Positions 20,177 to 28,851 of a DNA stretch of 64,000 bases are shown piece after piece. Below the pieces are notes generated by a model, which was not told where the DNA came from, made no database searches, and was given only the letters and a program-made list of their open reading frames with translations. Within the stretch, counting starts at the first letter, position 1. The number at the start of each line of letters is the position of its first letter. This DNA is from Escherichia coli (GTDB lineage Bacteria; Pseudomonadota; Gammaproteobacteria; Enterobacterales; Enterobacteriaceae), in assembly GCF_003334765.1 (NCBI RefSeq), contig NZ_QOWT01000002.1, one strand, 5' to 3'. The translations under genes were made by a program, and so were the position numbers.

Positions 20177-20473
20177 ATGATAATCGTTACTTATCTGGCT
20201 GATGATAACACCAGAAATCGCCGCAGAGCACGCAGACAGGCTCAACGTGAACAGGCAATGCAAGAACAGCGACTTGCGCGAAAAATTGCGCTAAAGCTCT
20301 CTGGTTGCGTCAGAGCAGATAAAGCAGCATCACTCGGAAGCCTTCGCTGCAAGAAGGCAGAAGAAGTCGAGCGTAAACAGAACCGTATTTACTACCGCAA
20401 GCCACGCAGTGAAATGGGTGTGACTTGTGTTGGTCGCCAGAAAATGAAATTAGGCAGCAAACCACTTATTTGA
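20177..20473 (+). CDS. N-like transcription antiterminator (arginine-rich motif)
   Basis: 98 aa; N-terminal ARM DDNTRNRRRARRQAQREQ; strong SD GGAGG; first gene after pL/nutL. Confidence 0.65.
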   Translation: MIIVTYLADDNTRNRRRARRQAQREQAMQEQRLARKIALKLSGCVRADKAASLGSLRCKKAEEVERKQNRIYYRKPRSEMGVTCVGRQKMKLGSKPLI

Positions 20474-20481
20474 GGTGAGAT

Positions 20482-20952
20482 ATGACAAAATCATGGAGCG
20501 TACCTTTTCCTGAATCAGAAACTGAACATGATGGAATGCCTGTTTTCTGGAGATTCCAAGCGACAGTTGAAGAAGATGGAATCAAAATATTCGCACTTCA
20601 ATATATAGCTTTTCATCAGACAGAGCATTATGCATGGTTGGTTCCTGCGCATTGGATTGTTGATTTTAAACCAGCACCAAATCAGTGGTTACAGGAATGG
20701 AAACAAAAGAGAAATAGATATGCAATTAAGAAAGTAGCAAAAAATGCAGAAAGATCTTTTGCATTCCCAACGAAGAAACTTGCCATTGAAAGTTTATTGC
20801 GCCGGAAGAAATACCATTTAATGAGAATAAAACAAGATTTGGCTGTTGTATCAACTCTTGTTGATGGGATGAAAAATATTGATACATCAACACCAGATAT
20901 TGAATATAACTTTGGACACAACCAAGAAACAGAAAATTGGGTATTTTATTAG
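20482..20952 (+). CDS. Hypothetical protein, AT-rich, unknown function
   Basis: 156 aa ORF immediately after the N-like gene; no recognisable motif. Confidence 0.5.
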   Translation: MTKSWSVPFPESETEHDGMPVFWRFQATVEEDGIKIFALQYIAFHQTEHYAWLVPAHWIVDFKPAPNQWLQEWKQKRNRYAIKKVAKNAERSFAFPTKKLAIESLLRRKKYHLMRIKQDLAVVSTLVDGMKNIDTSTPDIEYNFGHNQETENWVFY

Positions 20953-21056
20953 TACGAATAAGCACTGTGTATTCATTCCAACGAGTGAATACACGGAGCA
21001 ATGTCGCTCGTAACTAAACAGGAGCCGACTTGTTCTGATTATTGGAAGTCTTCTTT

Positions 21057-21084
21057 GCCCTCCGATGTGAGGGCTTTTTTATAT
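21057..21084 (+). terminator. Rho-independent terminator (GCCCTC-CGATGTG-GAGGGC + T6)
   Basis: GC stem followed by TTTTTT; candidate tL1 overridden by N. Confidence 0.65.
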
Positions 21085-21164
21085 GCATACCAATAACGCT
21101 TCACGAGAGGTGTTTATTCATGAGCGTAAACGCTGATTAATGAACGCAGTTGATAGGATATAAA

Positions 21165-21677
21165 ATGGCATTTATAAAGATTCTTGAATTAATTTCCCTA
21201 AGTGAGATTAATAATGTTGTCAAATATAACCCTATTTCTGGTGAGTTCACATGGCTAAAATCTTATGGAGCAAGAAAGATAGGTGGAACTGCCGGAACAA
21301 TAACAACAAGCGGCTACTTAAGGATTTTCATTAACGGAAGACACTATGCTGCACATAGACTTGCATGGATTATCACTTTCGGTGTTGAGCCTGAAGGTAT
21401 TATCGACCATATAAATGGCATAAAGACAGATAACAGAATTTGCAATCTGAGGCTTGCAACTTACTCACAGAATTCAATGAATAGTAAAATAAATACCCTC
21501 AACAAATCAGGTTGCAAAGGAGTCACATGGAAGAAGGAAAGTAGAAAGTGGGCTGCCTATGGGAAATTAAACGGGAAGAAAAAACATCTAGGGTACTTTA
21601 ATGAATTAGAAGATGCCAAAAAAGCTTACTGCGACTTTGCCAGAAAGCATCACGGCGAATTCTACAGGAGCAAATAA
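21165..21677 (+). CDS. HNH endonuclease with AP2-like DNA-binding domain
   Basis: HINGIKTDNRICNLRLATYSQN HNH motif; C-terminal GVTWKKESRKWAAYGKLNGKKKHLGYFNELEDAKKAY AP2-like; ORF track starts at TTG 21150. Confidence 0.7.
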   Translation: MAFIKILELISLSEINNVVKYNPISGEFTWLKSYGARKIGGTAGTITTSGYLRIFINGRHYAAHRLAWIITFGVEPEGIIDHINGIKTDNRICNLRLATYSQNSMNSKINTLNKSGCKGVTWKKESRKWAAYGKLNGKKKHLGYFNELEDAKKAYCDFARKHHGEFYRSK

Positions 21678-21811
21678 TGAATGAATATATTTTAGCGGGT
21701 AGCGGCGTCATGTCCGCTTTCTACCCGCACGAATCTGAATTATCACGCCGAGTTAAACAATTAATCAGAGCAGCAAAGAAACAACTGGAGGCGTTATGCG
21801 CAATGAAATAG
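21677..21811 (+). CDS. CIII-like small protein, 44 aa (not in ORF track)
   Basis: MNEYILAGSGVMSAFYPHESELSRRVKQLIRAAKKQLEAL resembles lambda CIII MQYAIAGWPVAGCPSESLLERITRKLRDGWKRL. Confidence 0.45.
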   Translation: MNEYILAGSGVMSAFYPHESELSRRVKQLIRAAKKQLEALCAMK

Positions 21812-21948
21812 CCATTAATCACCAGATGCTTCGTGCTGCACAGAACAAAGCAGTAATAGCCAGATTTATTGGTGATTCCAAAATGTGGCTTGAAGCAAAT
21901 AAAGCGATGAAATCAGCTATCAACCTTCCGTGGTATCGCAGGAAATGA
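21796..21948 (+). CDS. Kil-like small protein, 50 aa (not in ORF track)
   Basis: MRNEIAINHQMLRAAQNKAVIARFIGDSKMW...; directly follows cIII-like ORF; motif recalled from lambdoid Kil, unverified. Confidence 0.35.
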   Translation: MRNEIAINHQMLRAAQNKAVIARFIGDSKMWLEANKAMKSAINLPWYRRK

Positions 21949-22029
21949 GTTTTACAGATAACTGGTCAGACGAAGAATTCATTCGTCAGATGAACAAAAT
22001 GCTCAATCAGCACAAAGAACAGGAGAAAG

Positions 22030-22341
22030 ATGATGATTCTGACTCTGAATGATAAGCGTGAAATATCGCAAATAATCGCAAGTTTTACTGATGAAGATTA
22101 CGAGCGAATCAACAGTGAAGTTGATCGCCTCTGCAAACGTTGCGACCCAATAAGCGAAATGCTTCGCTCATATAAACCAGATGAACACACTAAGGACGCT
22201 ATCGACTGGCTGGAAGATGATGACTGTAACTATCAGGAAAAAGCCGCTGAATGGTTCTGGGATGCAATAACCGAAAGAGTTAAGGCTGAATATGCCTTCG
22301 CAATATTTAAACGCAGACACATTTTTGGAGAAGCTGCATGA
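22030..22341 (+). CDS. Hypothetical acidic protein upstream of recT
   Basis: 103 aa ORF with stop overlapping recT start. Confidence 0.5.
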   Translation: MMILTLNDKREISQIIASFTDEDYERINSEVDRLCKRCDPISEMLRSYKPDEHTKDAIDWLEDDDCNYQEKAAEWFWDAITERVKAEYAFAIFKRRHIFGEAA

Positions 22342-23240
22342 GCAATATCGTTGAATTCGTTAAACAGCAAGAGCAGTTATTCTGCGGAGCATTGACTGAA
22401 CAGACGGTGACATGGGCTAAGGAAAGCCAGTTTGCAATTCAGTATTTCCAGAAAAACGATTACCTGGCTAAAACAGCACTGGCAAATCCAACCAGCGCAC
22501 AGAACGCCATCATCAATGTTGCGGCGATCGGCATCACCTTAAACCCGGCCAGCAAACTGGCTTATCTGGTTCCTCGCGACGGCATGGTGTGCCTTGATAT
22601 CAGTTACATGGGATTACTTCACCTTGCACAGTCGACAGGATCAATTAAGTGGGGGCAATGCAAACTGGTGTACTCAAACGACACCTATGAATCAAACGGC
22701 CTTGATTCAGCACCAACCCACAAATACAACGCATTTGGTAAGCGAGGCTCTATTGTTGGTGGTTATTGTACGGTTAAAACAGCAGATGGTGACTACCTCA
22801 CTGAAGAAATGAGTCTGGCAGAAATTAAAGCTGTGGAAGCAACGAGCAAGGCAAAGAATGGACCGTGGAAGACATTCTGGGAAGAGATGGCGCGTAAAAC
22901 AATAGTTAAACGCGCCAGCAAATACTGGCCTAAAGCCCAGCGACTGGATAATGCCATTCACCTGCTTAACGAAGATGAAGGTATGCATCAGGAACCAGTT
23001 ATGCCGCACAAATCAGAGGAAGATATCCGCGAAGATGAACGGAAACGCCAGCAGGAAATTATGGAAAAAGCACAACTTCTTTGTGATGAAATGGCTCAGG
23101 CAGAAAACATGGATGATTTGAAGCGATATTTTGCAGAAGCATATCGCCTGACATCTGGAATGAAATTGCAGCAGAACGTACAAGCCATTTACATAGAATG
23201 CAAAGCGAAACTGGAGGTTGCCAGTGAGCAAACTGTATGA
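22338..23240 (+). CDS. recT: RecT-family single-strand annealing recombinase
   Basis: ...KNGPWKTFWEEMARKTIVKRASKYWP resembles E. coli RecT ...NNGPWVTHWEEMAKKTAIRRLFKYLP. Confidence 0.8.
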   Translation: MSNIVEFVKQQEQLFCGALTEQTVTWAKESQFAIQYFQKNDYLAKTALANPTSAQNAIINVAAIGITLNPASKLAYLVPRDGMVCLDISYMGLLHLAQSTGSIKWGQCKLVYSNDTYESNGLDSAPTHKYNAFGKRGSIVGGYCTVKTADGDYLTEEMSLAEIKAVEATSKAKNGPWKTFWEEMARKTIVKRASKYWPKAQRLDNAIHLLNEDEGMHQEPVMPHKSEEDIREDERKRQQEIMEKAQLLCDEMAQAENMDDLKRYFAEAYRLTSGMKLQQNVQAIYIECKAKLEVASEQTV

Positions 23241-23706
23241 AATTGCCAATGAATACGCAAAATTGATGGATTCAGATTTAGAACCAGAGATGATTGCTGA
23301 CACAATAGAAGGCATGGAAGGAGAATTTACCGATAAAATAGAGCAACTTCTTTCCGTCATTAAAAATGAATCTGGTTATGCTGAACGCCTCAAGGAAGAG
23401 GCAAAGTCACTGAATGAGCGAGCCGCAGTAATTCAAAATAAGATTGACAGCATCAAATCATATATAGCGTCATCGCTTGAAATGGTTGGCAAGAAAAATA
23501 TTCGAGCAGGTATTCACCAGGTAACAATCCGCAAACCGTCAGAAACTGTAGAAATCATCGACTCAAGCGCCCTTCCTCCTGAATACCTTGAGTTTGAAAC
23601 GACAATTAAAGCCGACAAACTGGCAATCAAGCACCAACTAAAAGCAGGAATAAATATTCCCGGTGCTCAACTCAAGGTTGGGAAACCTTCACTTCTTATC
23701 AAATAA
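23218..23706 (+). CDS. Phage protein, coiled-coil N-terminus (Gp157/Mu-Gam-like?), unknown function
   Basis: 162 aa ORF overlapping recT end. Confidence 0.45.
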   Translation: MPVSKLYEIANEYAKLMDSDLEPEMIADTIEGMEGEFTDKIEQLLSVIKNESGYAERLKEEAKSLNERAAVIQNKIDSIKSYIASSLEMVGKKNIRAGIHQVTIRKPSETVEIIDSSALPPEYLEFETTIKADKLAIKHQLKAGINIPGAQLKVGKPSLLIK

Positions 23707-23717
23707 CGGTATCGCCT

Positions 23718-24032
23718 ATGAAAAAGACTCCATGGGAGAAATGGGAAGTCGATTTCTTGCGCGAAGTAGCGGCGACAATGCCAGTTGAAGTTATCGCTGA
23801 AAAACTGGAAAGGACTGAAAAAGCAGTAATGGCAAAAGCAACAAGGATTGGCGCTGACATTGTTAGCCGACTTCGTGGAAGACGATGGACAAGAGCCGAA
23901 GTATCACTTTTCGGTAAGTTCTCCGCAGAAGAAATAGCAATTGCAACCTGCCGATCAATTTATTCAGTAAGAGCTATGCGATACAAGCTAAAAAAACTCG
24001 ATGAAGAAAGAGCAGGCATACGAATAAATTAA
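23718..24032 (+). CDS. Hypothetical phage protein
   Basis: 104 aa ORF in early-left operon. Confidence 0.45.
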   Translation: MKKTPWEKWEVDFLREVAATMPVEVIAEKLERTEKAVMAKATRIGADIVSRLRGRRWTRAEVSLFGKFSAEEIAIATCRSIYSVRAMRYKLKKLDEERAGIRIN

Positions 24033-24212
24033 CAAAGAGGAATTAATCATGAGAGGGCTTGCATACAATCCCGGCATTCTTCCGGCAGAAATGATTATTC
24101 GCCAACGCGTAAAGCCAATGCCATCGAGAGAGGAATTGCTTAAGAGAAATAGTTTCGGTTCTGTTAATGACAACAAATATCTGAATGCGATGTTGCGTAA
24201 AGGAGGCAAGCA

Positions 24213-24512
24213 GTGAGTGTATGTCTTATTGATAAACGTCGACGTGGGCAACAAATACCATCTGTTGGAATGCCGAATCACACATGGTTTTGCGTACTTG
24301 ATATCGATGGTATGGATGCGTTGGTTGACACTCGTCATTACTGCGATACCGCAACAGCTACTCCGGCGAAAGCAAAGAAAATGGCTGCTCTGATAGAAAA
24401 CTGGACTCCACCTGATGGTTGGTGCAATGGGAATGATCGAGATTGGCACGAAAAAATGAAGGGCTATATCTGCGATTTTTTACGTAAATGCAACGGCTTC
24501 AGGGTGATGTGA
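24213..24512 (+). CDS. Hypothetical phage protein (Cys/His/Trp-rich)
   Basis: 99 aa ORF. Confidence 0.4.
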   Translation: MSVCLIDKRRRGQQIPSVGMPNHTWFCVLDIDGMDALVDTRHYCDTATATPAKAKKMAALIENWTPPDGWCNGNDRDWHEKMKGYICDFLRKCNGFRVM

Positions 24513-24513
24513 T

Positions 24514-24921
24514 ATGAACAAGATTGACTATCAGGCACTGCGTGAAGCGGCAGAGAAAGCCGGTGAAGATAAGTGGCAGGCTAAAAAAATAAATGGTGAT
24601 TTTTTCGTTATTCGTCACGGTAGTTATACAAGACAGCATGGCTACACATCGTATCAACCCATTGCGGAGATTGATTGTAAGCAAGTCCGGGATTTTGTTG
24701 CCAAGGCTAATCCGGCTACCGTGCTGGAATTACTGGATGAACTGGAAGCAGCAAAAAAGCGCATTGCAGAACTGAAAGCGCGGGAAATACTGCTCCCGGA
24801 ACGTAGCAGCATGCTTCATCGAACAGATTTTCACGATGATTACCAAACGGTAATGGCATACAAAGTTTCTGAAGTCATCGATGCAATCCGCGCTACTGGC
24901 ATTCGCATCAAAGGAGAGTGA
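24514..24921 (+). CDS. Hypothetical phage protein (Ead/Ea22-like region)
   Basis: 135 aa ORF, 1-bp gap from previous ORF. Confidence 0.45.
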   Translation: MNKIDYQALREAAEKAGEDKWQAKKINGDFFVIRHGSYTRQHGYTSYQPIAEIDCKQVRDFVAKANPATVLELLDELEAAKKRIAELKAREILLPERSSMLHRTDFHDDYQTVMAYKVSEVIDAIRATGIRIKGE

Positions 24922-24922
24922 T

Positions 24923-25552
24923 ATGAGCGCTATAACCAAAGAACGTATCAAATTATTCATTAAAAATCCGCTTGATAACGGACTTACTCGTGGCGAACAA
25001 ATGGAACTGGCACGAATTGCACTGGCATCACTGGAACGCGAACAGATTCGCCACGAGCATGCCAAATGGTCTGACTCCACATTTGGCTGCGTTGGCCCCA
25101 TTGGTCCACTGAAACACCTCTCAAAAGAGGCACTGGAAGCCGCAGCCGAACCTGACGATCTCAGCGAGTGGGCTGATATGCAGTTCCTGTTGTGGGATGC
25201 ACAGCGCCGTGCTGGTATCAGTGATGCTGAAATTACCGCTGCTATGGAAAATAAATTGAAGATCAACATGGAGCGCCAGTGGCCTGAGCCAAAAGATGGT
25301 GAGCCTCGCTTGCACATTAAAGAACCCGGCAACTCTCCGGTAACTCCGGATGGTTGGATAAGCTGTAGTGATCGAATGCCGGAAGACACCAAAATGTTAC
25401 TGGCATTTAGTCAAGGTAAAATCGTGGCCGCATATTGGAACTGGGTTATAAATCCAATTGATTACAAAAAATATAGAGCTTTCACGTATTTATCAGGATA
25501 TATCTTGGATGACGTAACTCACTGGATGCCGCTACCAGAGCCTCCACTTTGA
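24923..25552 (+). CDS. Hypothetical phage protein with DUF551-like C-terminus
   Basis: SD AAGGAGAG before ATG 24923; C-terminal ...HWMPLPEPP typical of lambdoid early-region proteins. Confidence 0.5.
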   Translation: MSAITKERIKLFIKNPLDNGLTRGEQMELARIALASLEREQIRHEHAKWSDSTFGCVGPIGPLKHLSKEALEAAAEPDDLSEWADMQFLLWDAQRRAGISDAEITAAMENKLKINMERQWPEPKDGEPRLHIKEPGNSPVTPDGWISCSDRMPEDTKMLLAFSQGKIVAAYWNWVINPIDYKKYRAFTYLSGYILDDVTHWMPLPEPPL

Positions 25553-25647
25553 AAGCGAAGCTTATACATATCTTTTACATCAGCAATCTATTGTTAATCT
25601 CCAATCAATGTTACGTTGTCATCTCACTCATGCTTTGGAGGTAGTGA

Positions 25648-25828
25648 TATGTCTTGTCCAAAATGCGGTTCTGGAAATATTGCAAAAGAAAAAACAATGC
25701 GTGGATGGTCTGGTGATTATGTGTGCTGCGATTGCGGATACAACGACTCTAAAGACGCATTTGGAGAGCGTGGTAAAAACGAGTTTGTTAAAATTAATAA
25801 AGAACGCGAAGGCAACGAAAAAAGCTAA
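25648..25828 (+). CDS. Small zinc-ribbon protein (CPKCG...CCDCG)
   Basis: SD GGAGG before ATG 25648; two CxxC pairs. Confidence 0.5.
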
Positions 25829-25891
25829 TTTATTTATTCATATATGAAAACAATGTAACCAATATTCGAATTGAAGAACTGAAAGAACACC

Positions 25892-25916
25892 AAGCCGCCT
25901 GATGGCGGTTTTTTAT
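25892..25916 (+). terminator. Rho-independent terminator (AGCCGCC-TGAT-GGCGGTT + T-run)
   Basis: GC-rich hairpin followed by TTTTTTAT. Confidence 0.7.
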
Positions 25917-25924
25917 TACCTGAT

Positions 25925-25940
25925 TTGCAGGTTCGATTCC
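25925..25940. repeat. Internal partial argW copy TTGCAGGTTCGATTCC (T-arm segment)
   Basis: 16-nt identity with 5601..5616 of argW, located upstream of torI. Confidence 0.6.
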
Positions 25941-25959
25941 CTATTCGGAGATAGCACTC

Positions 25960-26160
25960 ATGCAACACGAACTACAGCCTGATTCACTGGTTGATTTGAA
26001 ATTCATCATGGCCGATACTGGCTTCGGTAAAACCTTCATCTATGACCGGATTAAGTCCGGCGACCTGCCAAAAGCCAAAGTTATCCACGGGCGAGCAAGA
26101 TGGTTATATCGTGACCATTGTGAATTCAAAAATAAGCTCTTAAGCCGCGCCAATGGGTAA
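25960..26160 (+). CDS. torI: TorI: recombination directionality factor (excisionase) and TorR inhibitor
   Basis: 66 aa MQHELQPDSLVDLKFIMADTGFGKTFIYDRIKSGDLPKAKVIHGRARWLYRDHCEFKNKLLSRANG; recognised. Confidence 0.85.
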   Translation: MQHELQPDSLVDLKFIMADTGFGKTFIYDRIKSGDLPKAKVIHGRARWLYRDHCEFKNKLLSRANG

Positions 26161-26232
26161 AATAGCGGGTAAAATATTTCTCACATCTAAAAAACACCAT
26201 TCCAATCAATCCCCTGCCGCTTCAAGTAGATG

Positions 26233-26248
26233 TCTGCAGGGGACACCA
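26233..26248. repeat. attR core: 16-nt direct repeat CTGCAGGGGACACCAT
   Basis: Identical to argW 3' end at 5616..5631. Confidence 0.7.
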
Positions 26249-26343
26249 TCCTTGTGTTTATCCCTAAAACCACATAAAAACCGTAAATTAAATTCGAACT
26301 AGCAGGCCGAATAAGGCACACCAGGAACTCGTGGTTTTATTCA

Positions 26344-27279
26344 TTATGAAGTGGTTTTTACCTGTTCTCTTAGCCAGATAATAAACGCTTCAATTTTTGG
26401 CCACTGCCTGCCCGGTAATGTGGTGATGTAATAATGCTGATGGCATTTCACCGTCATATCGCCAAACGGCGCGACGAGCTCACCACTGGCAAGCCTTTTT
26501 TGTACCAGGCGTTTTCTTCCCATCGCCACCCCAATATGATTCATCGCGGCAATAACAGCTAAATCAGAACGATCAAAGCCAATTCCAGAAGATGTCGGCA
26601 AATTAACCGCATAATGTTGCGCCCAACTATGCCATTCATCCGTACCGGAGTCGTTGCTCCATGCCTGTCTGTCATGGAGCAACGTACAGTGACACAGGTT
26701 AATTACCGTGTTGGTTAAAGCATGTCTTTGAGCGTATTCCGGGCTACATACTGGCAGGATTTCTTCATCCATCAGAAAGTGATGAGTGAGTTGCGCTGAC
26801 GGCGCATCATCAAAGTAGATCGCCAAATCGATTCCGGCACGTTGCAGATTGACGTTGTCATTACCAGTGAGCACGGTGAGCGAAATAGACGGATACCGGC
26901 GTGTAAAGTCACCTAATGCGGGCACCAACCAGCATTGGGCGATAGAGGGCCGGGAATACAGAGTTAACGTTCCCGATAACTCCTGATTTTTGATATCAAG
27001 AATTTCCTGGTTCAGGGTATCCAGCGACGATTTTAGCGCCCAATAAACACGTTTCCCCTCGTGCGTTAATTCCACTTTGCGATGGGAACGAACAAACAAC
27101 TGAATGCCCAATTCTTCTTCCAGCTGATTGATACGGTGACTTACCGCACTGGGGCTCAGCGACAATTCCTCTGCCGCCAGGGCGAAGGACTGATGCCTGG
27201 CAGCCACTTCAAAAGTATGCATTTTTGATAATTGCCAGCCGTTAAGCAGCCGATTTCTTATTTCACGAAGGGGTTCCAT
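26344..27279 (-). CDS. dsdC: LysR-family activator of D-serine utilisation DsdC
   Basis: Recognised; ORF 26344..27285, start probably MEPLREIRN. Confidence 0.9.
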   Translation of the reverse strand: MEPLREIRNRLLNGWQLSKMHTFEVAARHQSFALAAEELSLSPSAVSHRINQLEEELGIQLFVRSHRKVELTHEGKRVYWALKSSLDTLNQEILDIKNQELSGTLTLYSRPSIAQCWLVPALGDFTRRYPSISLTVLTGNDNVNLQRAGIDLAIYFDDAPSAQLTHHFLMDEEILPVCSPEYAQRHALTNTVINLCHCTLLHDRQAWSNDSGTDEWHSWAQHYAVNLPTSSGIGFDRSDLAVIAAMNHIGVAMGRKRLVQKRLASGELVAPFGDMTVKCHQHYYITTLPGRQWPKIEAFIIWLREQVKTTS

Positions 27280-27496
27280 AATCACCTCATTTTTCGCTTA
27301 AGTGTAAAAAAATAGCGGCAAAATTTCAGCTATGAGATGAGCTAAAGTAAACCATATCTCAATTCACCTTCATTTTTAGATGTAAATCACTCCATTGATG
27401 CAATTTACCTCATGTGAAAGGCAAATTTTATCGTTTGTCAGCCTGCGTTGTTTTTTTGTCCAATATCATCAGGTTAATCACAGGGGAAGGTGAGAT

Positions 27497-28834
27497 ATGC
27501 ACTCTCAAATCTGGGTTGTGAGCACGCTGCTTATCAGCATCGTGTTAATTGTACTGACCATCGTGAAGTTCAAATTCCACCCGTTTCTGGCGCTGTTGCT
27601 GGCCAGCTTCTTCGTGGGAACGATGATGGGCATGGGGCCACTGGATATGGTAAATGCTATTGAAAGTGGAATTGGCGGAACGCTGGGGTTCCTCGCAGCG
27701 GTTATCGGCCTTGGCACGATACTGGGAAAAATGATGGAAGTATCCGGGGCCGCAGAAAGAATTGGTCTGACACTTCAACGCTGCCGCTGGCTTTCAGTTG
27801 ATGTCATTATGGTGCTGGTTGGCCTGATTTGTGGCATCACGCTGTTTGTTGAAGTGGGCGTCGTGCTATTGATTCCTCTGGCTTTTTCAATTGCCAAAAA
27901 AACCAATACCTCATTATTAAAGCTTGCCATTCCGCTATGTACCGCATTGATGGCAGTGCACTGCGTGGTTCCTCCACATCCGGCTGCTTTATATGTTGCC
28001 AATAAGCTGGGCGCAGATATCGGTTCGGTGATCGTCTACGGTTTGCTGGTTGGGCTGATGGCATCACTGATCGGTGGCCCACTTTTCCTTAAATTTCTGG
28101 GTCAACGACTGCCCTTTAAACCTGTACCCACAGAGTTTGCAGATCTCAAAGTTCGCGATGAAAAAACACTACCGTCATTAGGCGCAACGTTATTCACCAT
28201 ACTGCTACCCATTGCGCTGATGTTGGTTAAAACGATTGCCGAATTGAATATGGCGCGTGAGAGTGGTTTGTATATCTTGGTTGAGTTTATTGGCAACCCT
28301 ATCACTGCCATGTTTATCGCCGTGTTTGTCGCCTATTATGTGTTGGGTATACGCCAGCATATGAGCATGGGGACGATGCTCACACATACGGAAAATGGCT
28401 TCGGTTCTATTGCTAATATTTTGCTGATTATCGGGGCCGGAGGCGCATTCAACGCCATTTTAAAAAGCAGCAGTCTCGCTGATACGCTGGCAGTTATTCT
28501 CTCCAATATGCATATGCACCCGATTCTTCTGGCCTGGTTAGTGGCTCTTATTCTGCATGCGGCAGTGGGCTCCGCTACCGTGGCAATGATGGGGGCAACG
28601 GCAATTGTTGCACCCATGCTGCCGCTGTATCCCGACATCAGCCCGGAAATTATTGCGATTGCTATCGGTTCAGGTGCAATTGGCTGCACTATCGTTACGG
28701 ACTCGCTTTTCTGGCTAGTGAAGCAATATTGCGGCGCTACGCTCAATGAAACATTTAAATACTATACGACAGCGACATTTATCGCTTCAGTCGTCGCTCT
28801 GGCGGGCACATTCCTGCTGTCATTTATCATCTAA
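27497..28834 (+). CDS. dsdX: D-serine transporter DsdX (GntP family)
   Basis: 445 aa polytopic membrane protein; synteny dsdC-dsdX-dsdA. Confidence 0.9.
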   Translation: MHSQIWVVSTLLISIVLIVLTIVKFKFHPFLALLLASFFVGTMMGMGPLDMVNAIESGIGGTLGFLAAVIGLGTILGKMMEVSGAAERIGLTLQRCRWLSVDVIMVLVGLICGITLFVEVGVVLLIPLAFSIAKKTNTSLLKLAIPLCTALMAVHCVVPPHPAALYVANKLGADIGSVIVYGLLVGLMASLIGGPLFLKFLGQRLPFKPVPTEFADLKVRDEKTLPSLGATLFTILLPIALMLVKTIAELNMARESGLYILVEFIGNPITAMFIAVFVAYYVLGIRQHMSMGTMLTHTENGFGSIANILLIIGAGGAFNAILKSSSLADTLAVILSNMHMHPILLAWLVALILHAAVGSATVAMMGATAIVAPMLPLYPDISPEIIAIAIGSGAIGCTIVTDSLFWLVKQYCGATLNETFKYYTTATFIASVVALAGTFLLSFII

Positions 28835-28851
28835 GCGCAAAGAGACGTACT

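Larger units (their letters stand above)
5616..26248. mobile_element. Defective P22-like lambdoid prophage integrated at argW (KplE1/CPS-53 position, different cargo)
   Basis: Integrase next to tRNA, torI at the far end, 16-nt direct repeats, phage immunity/replication/tail genes between; head, lysis and Q genes absent. Confidence 0.85.
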
